A DNA stretch of 64,000 bases from Candidatus Gastranaerophilales bacterium (GTDB lineage Bacteria; Cyanobacteriota; Vampirovibrionia; Gastranaerophilales; Gastranaerophilaceae). This document shows positions 29,705 to 40,376 of the stretch, in pieces (the first letter of the stretch is position 1; each line of letters opens with the position of its first letter). The notes below the pieces were generated by a model. That model was given only the letters and a program-made list of their open reading frames with translations. It did no database searches and was not told the DNA's origin. The stretch covers positions 30,013-94,012 of the forward strand of contig CALUQG010000004.1 of assembly GCA_944322855.1 (NCBI GenBank), in the 5' to 3' direction. The position numbers and the translations under genes were made by a program.

Positions 29705-30034
29705 CTATTTTTGAGTTTTTGCGTTTTTATCTATACCAATATCTTCAAGTGTTTTGATAAAGTTTTCAGCAGCCGCTTTTTGAATTTCAGGAGGAACAAC
29801 TCTCAAAAGTTCAACTGTTTTGGAAATAACAGGATCTTTGTCATACCAGCGGTTTCCGTTGATGGGCTTAACCATTTCATAAAACTTGTCAATTGTTTCT
29901 TTAGAAACTTTTTCTTCTATTTTTGCAAGAAATACTTCGGCCTGCGCTCTGAGTTCATCTTGATAATTGCGCAAAAGCTCAATAACTTCCATTAAAACCG
30001 GATCATGATCGTACCATCTTTTATATTGAGGCAT
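29705..30034 (-). CDS. Hypothetical protein with internal duplication
   Basis: There are two copies of RWYD[HK]DPV...[VT][IV]ELLR: RWYDHDPVLMEVIELLR and RWYDKDPVISKTVELLR. Its start overlaps the murA 3' end by 14 nt. Confidence 0.5.
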   Translation of the reverse strand: MPQYKRWYDHDPVLMEVIELLRNYQDELRAQAEVFLAKIEEKVSKETIDKFYEMVKPINGNRWYDKDPVISKTVELLRVVPPEIQKAAAENFIKTLEDIGIDKNAKTQK

Positions 30035-31361
30035 TTAGATTTCCTTTTGTGATTTGGCAATGATTATTTAATGAGTTTGAAATATCATCCTCATCATTGT
30101 ATCTTACTATGTTTGCACCAAGATTGGCAAATTTTGTTTCAAAAAGTTCATAACCTCTGTCAATATGGTGCAATGCTTCTATTACACTTTCACCTTCAGC
30201 CATAAGCGCAGCAACAATCAAAGAAGCACCGGCTCTCAGGTCACTTGCTTTAACATTGGCGCCGTTGAGATTTTTTACTCCTCTAACAAGGGCATGGTTT
30301 CTTTCCTGATGAATATCTGCGCCCATTCTTCTGAGTTCCGGAACCTGCATAAATCTGTTCTCATAAAGGCTTTCTGTGATTATGCTAACCCCGTCAGCAG
30401 TTGTAAGCATTGCCATTGCGAGTGATTGTAAATCTGTCGGAAATCCGGGGTACGGCTGGGTAACAATATTTACAGAATTCAAACGCTGGTTACAGCTGAC
30501 TTCAATAACAGTAGGTTCAATCAGTTTTATATTTGCACCCATTTTTATCAGTTTAGAATTGTAAAAGGTCAAATGAGACGGCAAAACATTTTTTATGAGA
30601 CCTTTACCTTTTGTTGCAACAATTGCCGCCATGTATGTACCTGCTTCAATTCTGTCAGGTATAGTTGTATATTCTATAGGGTGCAAATCTTCTTGCTTTA
30701 CACCATTAATAACAATTTCAGAAGTTCCGGCACCGGAAACATCAGCGCCCATTGCATTCAAAAAGTTCGCAAGGTCGACAATTTCAGGTTCTTGTGCTGC
30801 ATTTTGTATTCTCGTTGCACCTTCTGCAAGAATTGCGGCAAGCATAAGATTTTCTGTAGCACCGACAGAAGGAATATCAAGATATATATCTGTCCCTGTG
30901 AGTTTTGGAGCTTTAGCATGAACATAACCGTTTTCTATTTTTATATCTGCTCCGAGTGCTTCCAACCCTTTTATATGAAAATCGACTCTTCTTTCACCTA
31001 TTGCACATCCGCCCGGAAGAGCAACAACTGCTTCTTTACATCTTGTCACAAGAGCTCCCAGTACAATAAATGAAGCTCTCATTTTGCTGACCAGTTCATA
31101 TTTTGCGGTTATACTTGTAATATCAGCTGCATCAATTGCAACAGACTTTGATTTTTTGTCATATCTTGTTTTGACACCTAATCCTTCTATAACCTTCAGC
31201 ATTATTTGAACATCGGTTAACTCCGGAACATTGTGTATAACAGTTTCTCCTTTAGCGAGAATTGCTGCAGCCATAAGTTTCAGTACAGAATTTTTTGCTC
31301 CGCTGATTGAAACTTCGCCATGAAGGGCATTGCCGCCTATTATTTTAAGCTTTTCTACCAA
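30021..31361 (-). CDS. murA: UDP-N-acetylglucosamine 1-carboxyvinyltransferase
   Basis: The ORF shows ISGAKNSVLKLMAAAILA, the catalytic-Cys loop LPGGCAIGERRVDFH and GFPTDLQ. The C-terminal tail is ~25 aa longer than usual. Confidence 0.95.
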   Translation of the reverse strand: MVEKLKIIGGNALHGEVSISGAKNSVLKLMAAAILAKGETVIHNVPELTDVQIMLKVIEGLGVKTRYDKKSKSVAIDAADITSITAKYELVSKMRASFIVLGALVTRCKEAVVALPGGCAIGERRVDFHIKGLEALGADIKIENGYVHAKAPKLTGTDIYLDIPSVGATENLMLAAILAEGATRIQNAAQEPEIVDLANFLNAMGADVSGAGTSEIVINGVKQEDLHPIEYTTIPDRIEAGTYMAAIVATKGKGLIKNVLPSHLTFYNSKLIKMGANIKLIEPTVIEVSCNQRLNSVNIVTQPYPGFPTDLQSLAMAMLTTADGVSIITESLYENRFMQVPELRRMGADIHQERNHALVRGVKNLNGANVKASDLRAGASLIVAALMAEGESVIEALHHIDRGYELFETKFANLGANIVRYNDEDDISNSLNNHCQITKGNLNASI

Positions 31362-31535
31362 AATATCCTCCGGATGTGATGTGTCTGCTATATTATCATA
31401 ATATAACCAACATGTTTTGTCGTATATAATTTAATTAATGTAAATTTTTTTAATTATTGCCTGATGTTTTTTGTAGAAAATATTTCAAATTTTTAATTTT
31501 TTGCCAAAGATATTAATATAAGACATAATTTCAAT

Positions 31536-33008
31536 ATGAAAAAATTATTGAAAAATTTGTTTATATTGCTTCCAGTTTTTGTTTCTTTTTTATGTACAAA
31601 AACCTATGCACTGGAAATTATTTATCCAAAAACTCCAAACACGGAAAGCACTGCTGATACAATTTTTATAATCGGCAATACTCAGCCTGACGCAAAACTT
31701 ACTATCAACGGAAATCCTGTAAAAGTCTATGATAATGGCGGATTTGTTGAGGTTGTACCTTTAAAAAGCGGTTTTAACAGAATTACTATTGATTCAAAAA
31801 ATTCATCTCAACACGATATTATGTATTATATGGTCAAAAAAGTAGCCAAAAAGCCATCATCGCAAACAGATGAACCGGTTATTGAATTCAAAGAAAATGA
31901 AATCATATATGCTGCAACAGCCAGAAGCAACACTCCTTTAAGAGCACAGCCTGATGAATATGCCAGAAGAATTACACATCTTGATGCCAATACGGCTCTT
32001 ATGCTGAATGGAAAAAAGGGTGATTATTACAGAGTTTCACTTGCACCTAATATCAATGTCTGGGTAAAAGAAAAAGATATTGTTCAATATTCTAAGCTTG
32101 AGGGGAAAATGCTTGCTGATGCAACAGGTGTAAATCTAAGTGATGACGGAAATTACAATTACATTAAAACCGATTTGTCTTTTCCTGTTCCTTACAAACT
32201 AACAGAAACTGACACCGGTTTGAGAATGGATTTATACAATATCAAAAAAAATCCGGCAGATACAGTTTTGTTTAAAACATCCGGAGCCGTAAAATCTCTT
32301 GCAATTAATACAATAGGCCCTGATAATGTTTCTTCGTATTTTATAGAGCTAAATCAAAAATTGTGGGGTTATGATGTTTGTTATGAAGGAAATACTCTGG
32401 TTTTAAAAATCAGAAAAGCTCCTGATATAGACAAACAAAAACCTCTAAACGGGCTGACTATAGCCATTGATGCAGGTCATGGCGGCACAGATGATGATGG
32501 GGCAATCGGCCCGACAGGTGTAAAAGAAAAAGATATAAATCTGGATATTGCAAAAAAACTGCAGATACTTCTTGAAACTTCCGGTGCAAAAGTAATCATG
32601 ACAAGAAATGACGACACGGCTGTTGACCTTTATGAAAGAATAAAAATAGCACAGCAAAACAATGCTCTAATTCTTTTGAGTCTTCATGCCAATGCACTGG
32701 AGGATGGAAAAAATCCTTATCTGAAACATGGCAGTGCTTCTTATTATTACAACAGACAGGCAATAAATCTGGCAAGGACTATGCGTGATGCTATGGTAGA
32801 AAATCTCGGAACAATGGATGACGGGGTAGCAATGAAAAGTCTCGCTATAACCAGAGCAACACTCCCTTTGTCTGTTATTCTTGAAGTAGGTTATATGATT
32901 AACCCGAATGACTATGCTCTGTTAACTCAAGACAGTTTTCGCCAGAAAGCTGCGCAGGCAATAAAATCAGGCCTTGAAAAATATTTATTGAATAGTATTA
33001 ACGAATAG
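31536..33008 (+). CDS. N-acetylmuramoyl-L-alanine amidase (Amidase_3, AmiC-like) with N-terminal beta/SH3-like domains
   Basis: A signal peptide is present. The C-terminal domain shows IAIDAGHGGTDDDGAIGP...EKDINLDIA...LLSLHANA...AITRAT. Confidence 0.85.
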   Translation: MKKLLKNLFILLPVFVSFLCTKTYALEIIYPKTPNTESTADTIFIIGNTQPDAKLTINGNPVKVYDNGGFVEVVPLKSGFNRITIDSKNSSQHDIMYYMVKKVAKKPSSQTDEPVIEFKENEIIYAATARSNTPLRAQPDEYARRITHLDANTALMLNGKKGDYYRVSLAPNINVWVKEKDIVQYSKLEGKMLADATGVNLSDDGNYNYIKTDLSFPVPYKLTETDTGLRMDLYNIKKNPADTVLFKTSGAVKSLAINTIGPDNVSSYFIELNQKLWGYDVCYEGNTLVLKIRKAPDIDKQKPLNGLTIAIDAGHGGTDDDGAIGPTGVKEKDINLDIAKKLQILLETSGAKVIMTRNDDTAVDLYERIKIAQQNNALILLSLHANALEDGKNPYLKHGSASYYYNRQAINLARTMRDAMVENLGTMDDGVAMKSLAITRATLPLSVILEVGYMINPNDYALLTQDSFRQKAAQAIKSGLEKYLLNSINE

Positions 33009-33028
33009 AAATATTATACTCAACAGTG

Positions 33029-33057
33029 TTGACAGATGTATTTTGCGGTGATACAAT
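33029..33057 (+). promoter_or_regulatory. Near-consensus sigma-70 promoter
   Basis: TTGACA (33029-33034), a 17-nt spacer, then TACAAT (33052-33057). It lies about 120 nt upstream of the 33177 ORF. Confidence 0.55.
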
Positions 33058-33176
33058 ATAAAAAATTTATGTTTAAGTAATGCCATAGAGGTTAAAATCT
33101 GCATCAGGCAACGCTTAAGCTATATTTTTAAGAAGAGAATTTTTATTCAGAAAGTATTTAAGTACAGGTAGTAAAA

Positions 33177-33743
33177 ATGCAAGTTTGTGTAATAAAAAAC
33201 ACAGAGCCTAAAAATGCGAGCATCCCTCTGGCAATGGCAGCAGGAGCAGGTGCAGGTTTGGCTTTGCGTCATTTTATGCCTGTATATCAACCTGAAATTG
33301 ATTCTGTTATGTTTGGCGCATCTCAGGTGTTGAGAGACAACAATATAAAAAATGCCAAAAAAGCTGTTATGAATGATTTATACAAAGAAGCAAACAAAAA
33401 CAAAAGCAATCAGGCTTTGAGTTTGTTTCTTGAAAGAGCAAAAGCCTCTTTCAAATATGATGCTGCAGGCAGTAATGAAAAATTGAAAAAAGAAGCTGTC
33501 AAAATGGCAAAAGAAGCAAAAGAAAAAATTAAAGCTGCTCCCAAGCAGGTAAGAAAAGAAATTCAAGAACTAACTGCTGCTGCTGTTAACAAAGTTAAAG
33601 CCTCAAAAATTTTAACGGAAGCTAATATCAAAAATGCTGTTAAACAGGCCAGACCGTATGCAGCTTTCCTTCTCCCGGGCATAGCTCTCGGTGCATTAGG
33701 TGCTTATGTTTACAATGTTATCGGAGCTATTAAAGAAAATTAG
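33177..33743 (+). CDS. Hypothetical Lys/Ala-rich protein with hydrophobic segments at both ends
   Basis: The 188-aa ORF has IPLAMAAGAGAGLAL at the N-terminus and AAFLLPGIALGALGAYVYNVIGAI at the C-terminus. Confidence 0.45.
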   Translation: MQVCVIKNTEPKNASIPLAMAAGAGAGLALRHFMPVYQPEIDSVMFGASQVLRDNNIKNAKKAVMNDLYKEANKNKSNQALSLFLERAKASFKYDAAGSNEKLKKEAVKMAKEAKEKIKAAPKQVRKEIQELTAAAVNKVKASKILTEANIKNAVKQARPYAAFLLPGIALGALGAYVYNVIGAIKEN

Positions 33744-33837
33744 CATTTTTTCTTTTAAATTTTTTAACAATTTGTTCGTTTATTTACTTCTCCTTTTGCA
33801 GTATAAGAGTTGTCAAAAGTTTTTTTTCGTATGATAA

Positions 33838-35199
<1,362 letters not shown>

Positions 35200-35223
35200 T
35201 CAATAATTTTTATTGATTATAAT

Positions 35224-35258
35224 AAAACGGATGTGGGTTTTACCTGCATCCGTTTTTT
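35224..35258. terminator. Rho-independent terminator between convergent genes
   Basis: Stem ACGGATG.../...CATCCGT, extended by G-U and G-C pairs, with an A-run before and TTTTTT after. Confidence 0.75.
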
Positions 35259-35265
35259 AATTTCG

Positions 35266-35883
35266 TTATTCAAGAAATCCGCCAAAAAAGTTTTTCAAAG
35301 TATCTTCTTCGCCATTATCTTTATAATAAGTTGTATGCGAATTTCTATAGTCTGTTGAAAACGTTTGATATGAGCTGGGTTTATGATTTGGATGGAATTT
35401 AACTTTGTCGTATTGTCGTTCTACTACAACTTTGTTGTTTTTAAATCCGAATTGTATAGCATTTTGATAACGGTGACCAAATGGGTTACAAAAATTTATG
35501 GAATTGTCATAGGCTGTAATTAATGGGGAACCGTTGCGTTCCACTATAGTTTCGTCATGGCTTATTAATCCTGATTTGAATGCCTGGCTGAATTTTTTCA
35601 GTTTGTATTTCATAAAATCTGTTTCTTTTAACAATGTTGCTGCAACGGATGCCTTACATTTTCCTTCTGAAATAGCTGTGGATATTAGCCTGTTGAACAA
35701 GTATTCTAGTTCATCATATTGTTTGATATCAAAGTTATGGCTTGTAATTTTAGAGAATAAATTGTTGTAATTTCCAAAGTTGACCGTGTCTTTTTTTACA
35801 ACATGATTTATTGTTTGATTTTTATGAGTGTAATGAATAGTTTGAGCAGGTGAGTAGTTTGTTGTAATTTGTTGAATACGCAT
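35266..35883 (-). CDS. Hypothetical protein (orphan), immediately downstream of tRNA-Arg
   Basis: The 205-aa ORF matches no recognised family. The N-terminus is MRIQQIT...DTVNFGNY. Confidence 0.45.
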   Translation of the reverse strand: MRIQQITTNYSPAQTIHYTHKNQTINHVVKKDTVNFGNYNNLFSKITSHNFDIKQYDELEYLFNRLISTAISEGKCKASVAATLLKETDFMKYKLKKFSQAFKSGLISHDETIVERNGSPLITAYDNSINFCNPFGHRYQNAIQFGFKNNKVVVERQYDKVKFHPNHKPSSYQTFSTDYRNSHTTYYKDNGEEDTLKNFFGGFLE

Positions 35884-35991
35884 AGTGTGGCTCCATATTT
35901 TATTTGTAGATGCATTTGTATTTTATTACGTACCATGGAGAGTAGGTCTAATCAATAAAAGGTATAGTAAAGTTAACAAATTTGTAAAATT

Positions 35992-36065
35992 TGTGCCCGG
36001 GGAGATTCGAACCCCCGGCCTGCAGCTTCGGAGACTGCCGCTCTATCCGACTGAGCTACGGGCAC
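35992..36065 (-). tRNA. tRNA-Arg (anticodon CCG)
   Basis: The reverse complement folds as a cloverleaf: GUGCCCG-UA-GCUC-AGUCGGAUA-GAGC-G-GCAGU-CUCCGAA-GCUGC-AGGCC-GGGGG-UUCGAAU-CUCCC-CGGGCAC-A. The anticodon loop is C-U-CCG-A-A. CCA is not encoded. Confidence 0.9.
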
Positions 36066-36505
36066 AGATGAAAATATTTGTAACTAGATTCATTGTAGCT
36101 CAGTCGGAAAAAAATCTAAAGTACTGTTGTACTTTAACTTCGTTAAAGATACAACGGTGAGCTACGGGCACAGATGGAAATATTTGTGACTAGATTCATT
36201 GTAGCTCAGTCGGAAAAAAATCTAAAGTACTGTTGTACTTTAACTTCGTTAAAGATACAACGGTGAGCTACGGGCACAGATGGAAATATTTGTGACTAGA
36301 TTCATTGTAGCTCAGTCGAAAAAAAATCTAAAGTACTGTTGTACTTTAACTTCGTTAAAGATACAACGGTGAGCTACGGGCACAGATGAAAATATTTGTA
36401 ACTAGATTTATTGTAGCTCAGTCGGAAAAAAATCTAAAGTACTGTTGTACTTTAACTTCGTTAAAGATACAACGGTGAGCAACAGGCACAGATGGAAATA
36501 TTTGA
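36053..36505 (-). repeat. Tandem array, 106-bp unit x 4 plus a partial 5th, abutting and overlapping the 5' end of tRNA-Arg
   Basis: Unit starts are at 36053, 36159, 36265, 36371 and 36477 (degenerate). Units differ by a few point changes (A/G at two positions, C/T, G/A). Each contains TGAGCTACGGGCAC, the complement of tRNA nt 1-14. Confidence 0.9.
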
Positions 36506-36545
36506 AAAAATTGCCAAAGAAGATTTTTGAACGCATTATAATAAA

Positions 36546-37883
36546 TTAATTCGATGATTTTTCTTTTCTTTCTCTGAAAGACATTCTCACAGGAGTGCCG
36601 AAGAAGCCGAAAGCTTCTCTCATTTTGTTTTCAAGATATCTTTTATAACTGTCTTGAACAAGGTCTTCATCATTTACAAACAAAATAAAAGTAGGCGGAG
36701 CGGTTCGAACCTGTGTTGCATAATATACTCTGAGTTTTTTCCCTCGTTTTGTCGCAGGAGGGTTCATTGCCATGGCTTCCAGCAGAACTTTGTTCAAAAT
36801 ACTTGTAGAAACTCGTTTTGTACACTGTGCATATACGTCTTTTGCCTGTTTGTAAATATTAACGAGTCTTTGTTTTGTCTTTGCACTTATGAAGATTTTA
36901 GGCGCAAAATCCAAAAACGGGGCATCGTGCATAAGTTTTTGAGTATATTTTGCAGTCGGATCTGATTTGTCTTTGTCTTCCACAATATCCCATTTGTTTA
37001 CAGCAACGATTAAACCTTTTCCTGCTTCAACAACAATCTGTGAAATCTTTTTGTCCTGATCAGTTAATCCGTCTGCTGCATCAATAACAAGCACTGCAAT
37101 ATCACAGTCTTTTATTGCTCTTATGGCTCTGTCAACGGCGAATTTTTCAACACCCCAGTCAACTTTGGCTTTTTTTCTGATGCCGGCCGTGTCTACAAGG
37201 ATAAATTCTTCTCCTTCATATTTTACTTTTGAGTCAATACTGTCACGTGTTGTACCTGAAACATCACTGACAATAACTCTGTCTTCACCAAGCAATGCGT
37301 TTACGATTGAAGATTTTCCTGCATTTGGTTTTCCGACAATTGCAATTTTTATTATCTCACTTTCTTCGGGATTTTCGTCTGCTTCAAAATCTTCGGTTAT
37401 TGCTTCCAGAAGATCGCCGACACCACCTGAACCGTGCAAAGCGGATATGGCATGCGGTTCACCTATTGCGAGAGCATAAAAATCTGAAATCAAGTTGAAA
37501 TGTTCCGGTGCATCAAGTTTATTTACTGCCAGATAGACAGGTTTTCCGCTTCTTCTTAAAACATTTGCAATGTCGTAGTCAACTGGGTTTATGCCTTCTT
37601 TTCCGTCAACAAGAAAAATAATTTTGTCAGCTTCTTCACAGGCAACTTTTGCCTGAGTAAAGATATTAAGCATAATCTCATCTTCATCACCCGGAATAAT
37701 ACCGCCGGTGTCTATAAGTGTAAATTGCTTGTTTTGCCATTCGACATCAAAATAAATCCTGTCACGGGTAACGCCAGGCTGGTCATCTACTATTGATTGA
37801 CGTGAGCCTACTATCCTGTTTACAAATGTTGATTTTCCTACATTGGGTCTTCCGACTACGGCGACAACGGGTCTATTGCTCAT
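36546..37883 (-). CDS. der: Ribosome-associated GTPase Der (EngA), double GTPase + KH-like domain
   Basis: There are two G-domains (GRPNVGKST...DTGG...NKLD and GKPNAGKSS...DTAG...NKWD). The start is set at MSNRPVVAVVG (ATG 37881-37883). Confidence 0.9.
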   Translation of the reverse strand: MSNRPVVAVVGRPNVGKSTFVNRIVGSRQSIVDDQPGVTRDRIYFDVEWQNKQFTLIDTGGIIPGDEDEIMLNIFTQAKVACEEADKIIFLVDGKEGINPVDYDIANVLRRSGKPVYLAVNKLDAPEHFNLISDFYALAIGEPHAISALHGSGGVGDLLEAITEDFEADENPEESEIIKIAIVGKPNAGKSSIVNALLGEDRVIVSDVSGTTRDSIDSKVKYEGEEFILVDTAGIRKKAKVDWGVEKFAVDRAIRAIKDCDIAVLVIDAADGLTDQDKKISQIVVEAGKGLIVAVNKWDIVEDKDKSDPTAKYTQKLMHDAPFLDFAPKIFISAKTKQRLVNIYKQAKDVYAQCTKRVSTSILNKVLLEAMAMNPPATKRGKKLRVYYATQVRTAPPTFILFVNDEDLVQDSYKRYLENKMREAFGFFGTPVRMSFRERKEKSSN

Positions 37884-38166
37884 AAAATAATCCTTTTGTT
37901 TGCAAAATAATTTTAATATAAAAAAGATGAATTTTCTATCTGTCAATGCTTGCTAAACAATACTTAAATTTTTCCTTTAAAATTTTTCGTGTTTATGCAA
38001 GAATTTTATAAGATAGATTATTTCTATCTTTTTAAACGGTTGTCACCCTGAATTCTTTTCGGGGTCTGTCCAAAAGCCATTATTACGATTGGAAAGATGC
38101 CGGAATTTGACGGTATGACAAAAAATAAAATAGTAGTACTAGTAAAATAAAAAAGGAAAAATTAAA

Positions 38167-40251
38167 ATGCCTAGACAAGTCCCTTTGGAAAAAGTTAGAA
38201 ACTTCGGGATTGCAGCTCACATCGATGCCGGTAAAACAACTACAACAGAACGTATCTTGTTTTACACAGGTAAAACTCACAAAATCGGTGAAGTACACGA
38301 TGGTGCAGCAGTAACCGACTTTATGGATCAGGAAAGAGAACGCGGTATCACTATTCAGTCAGCAGCTGTTACAGCTATGTGGAAAGGCCATCAGTTGAAC
38401 ATCATCGACACACCCGGCCACGTTGACTTTACAATTGAAGTTGAACGTTCACTGCGTGTATTGGACGGTGTTGTTGCTGTATTTTGTGCTGTTGGCGGTG
38501 TTCAATCACAGTCAGAAACAGTTTGGAGACAGGCTAACAGATACGAAGTTCCAAGAATGGTGTTTGTTAACAAAATGGACAGAACAGGTGCAAACTTCTA
38601 TCGTGTAGTTGACCAGCTCAGAAACAGACTTAATGCAAATGCTCATCCTATCCAGCTGCCTATAGGTGCTGAAGACAAATTTACAGGTTTGATTGATCTT
38701 TTGACAATGAAAGCTGAAATTTATACAAATGACCTCGGTACAGATATCAGAGAAGAAGAAATTCCTGCTGATATGGTTGAAAAAGCAAATGAGTACCATG
38801 CAGCACTTGTAGAAGCTATTTCTGAATTTGATGATGATTTGATGATGAAGTTTTTGGAAGGTGAAGAACCTACAGTTGACGAACTTAAAGCAGTTCTCAG
38901 AAAAGCTACATGCGAAAACAAAATCGTTCCTGTATGCTGCGGTACTGCATTCAAAAACAAAGGTGTTCAGCTTTTGTTAGACAATGTTGTTAACTATCTT
39001 CCTTCTCCTGTAGACGTTAAAGCTATTGAAGGCGAACTTGAAGACGGTACAAAAGTTGAAAGACATTCATCAGAAGCTGAACCATTTTCAGCACTTGCTT
39101 TTAAAGTTATGACTGACCCTTATGTAGGTCGTTTGACATTCCTTCGTGTATATTCAGGTAAATTGACAGCAGGTTCTTATGTTCTCAATGCTACTAACGG
39201 CAAAAAAGAACGTATTTCAAGACTTGTACAAATGTATGCTGACCAGAGAAATGAAATTCAAGAAGTTTACGCTGGTGACATTTGTGCGGCTGTTGGTTTG
39301 AAAGACACTACAACAGGTGATACATTGTGCGATGAAAAAGCACCTATCATATTAGAAAGAATGTCATTCCCTGAACCTGTAATTTCTGTAGCTATTGAAC
39401 CTAAAACAAAAGCTGACCAGGATAAAATGGGTATCGCTCTTCAAAAACTTGCTGAAGAGGATCCATCATTCAGAGTTAAATCTGATACAGAAACAGGTCA
39501 GACAATTATATCAGGTATGGGTGAACTTCACCTTGATATTATTGTAGACAGATTGTTGAGAGAATTCAAAGTTGATGCAAACGTTGGTAAACCTCAGGTT
39601 GCATACAGAGAAACAATCAGAGGCAACGCTGATCAGGATTCTAAATTTATTCGACAATCAGGTGGTAAAGGTCAATACGGTCACGTTAAAATTCAAATTG
39701 AACCTGCTGAAGAAAATGCCGGTTTTGTATTTGAAAACAAAATCGTCGGTGGTGCTATTCCTAAAGAATACATCGAACCTGCAAGAAAAGGTATGGAAGA
39801 AGCTCTCGAAGGCGGTATTTTGGCAGGATTCCCGATGATTGACGTTAAAGTTACCCTCTACGATGGTTCTTATCACGAAGTCGACTCTTCAGAAATGGCA
39901 TTCAAAATTGCCGGTTCTATGGCTATCAAAGAAGGTTGTAAGAAAGCTAAACCTTGTATCTTAGAACCTATGATGAAAGTAGAAATCGAAGTTCCTGAAG
40001 AAAATACTGGTGATATTGTTGGAGATATCGCTTCAAGAAGAGGCCGTGTTGAAGGTATGGAAATTATTGAAGGAACAGGAATTCAAAAAATCAGAGCTAT
40101 GGTTCCGCTCGCTGAAATGTTCGGTTATGCTACTGATATCCGTTCAAAAACTCAGGGTCGCGGTACATTCTCTATGGAATTTGCTAAATATGAACAGGTT
40201 CCTGCTAACGTTGAAAAAGAAATCATTGAAAAATCAGGCGCTACTGCATAA
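38167..40251 (+). CDS. fusA: Translation elongation factor G
   Basis: The ORF shows [38 protein letters not shown] and all five EF-G domains in 694 aa. It is not flanked by rpsL, rpsG or tuf here. Confidence 0.9.
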   Translation: MPRQVPLEKVRNFGIAAHIDAGKTTTTERILFYTGKTHKIGEVHDGAAVTDFMDQERERGITIQSAAVTAMWKGHQLNIIDTPGHVDFTIEVERSLRVLDGVVAVFCAVGGVQSQSETVWRQANRYEVPRMVFVNKMDRTGANFYRVVDQLRNRLNANAHPIQLPIGAEDKFTGLIDLLTMKAEIYTNDLGTDIREEEIPADMVEKANEYHAALVEAISEFDDDLMMKFLEGEEPTVDELKAVLRKATCENKIVPVCCGTAFKNKGVQLLLDNVVNYLPSPVDVKAIEGELEDGTKVERHSSEAEPFSALAFKVMTDPYVGRLTFLRVYSGKLTAGSYVLNATNGKKERISRLVQMYADQRNEIQEVYAGDICAAVGLKDTTTGDTLCDEKAPIILERMSFPEPVISVAIEPKTKADQDKMGIALQKLAEEDPSFRVKSDTETGQTIISGMGELHLDIIVDRLLREFKVDANVGKPQVAYRETIRGNADQDSKFIRQSGGKGQYGHVKIQIEPAEENAGFVFENKIVGGAIPKEYIEPARKGMEEALEGGILAGFPMIDVKVTLYDGSYHEVDSSEMAFKIAGSMAIKEGCKKAKPCILEPMMKVEIEVPEENTGDIVGDIASRRGRVEGMEIIEGTGIQKIRAMVPLAEMFGYATDIRSKTQGRGTFSMEFAKYEQVPANVEKEIIEKSGATA

Positions 40252-40278
40252 GATTTTTCGGATTTTAAGTTCATATAA

Positions 40279-40311
40279 AACGGGCTCAAAATATTTTGGG
40301 CCTGTTTTTTT
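40279..40311 (+). terminator. Rho-independent terminator after fusA
   Basis: Imperfect stem GGGCTCAAAA/TTTTGGGCC followed by TGTTTTTTT. Confidence 0.65.
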
Positions 40312-40376
40312 ACTCAATAAAGATGAGTTAATTACCTCTAATCCTGTTATAATGGTATTGTCATCAATTGTAAAAC

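Noticed and set aside
35885-36160. A 91-aa plus-strand ORF.
   Set aside because: It is antisense to tRNA-Arg and runs into the tandem array, so it is an artefact of the tRNA and repeat sequence.
36053-36505. The tandem array might be a CRISPR locus.
   Set aside because: The units are contiguous 106-bp copies with no unique spacers. The repeat length is far outside the CRISPR range, and no cas genes are in the window.
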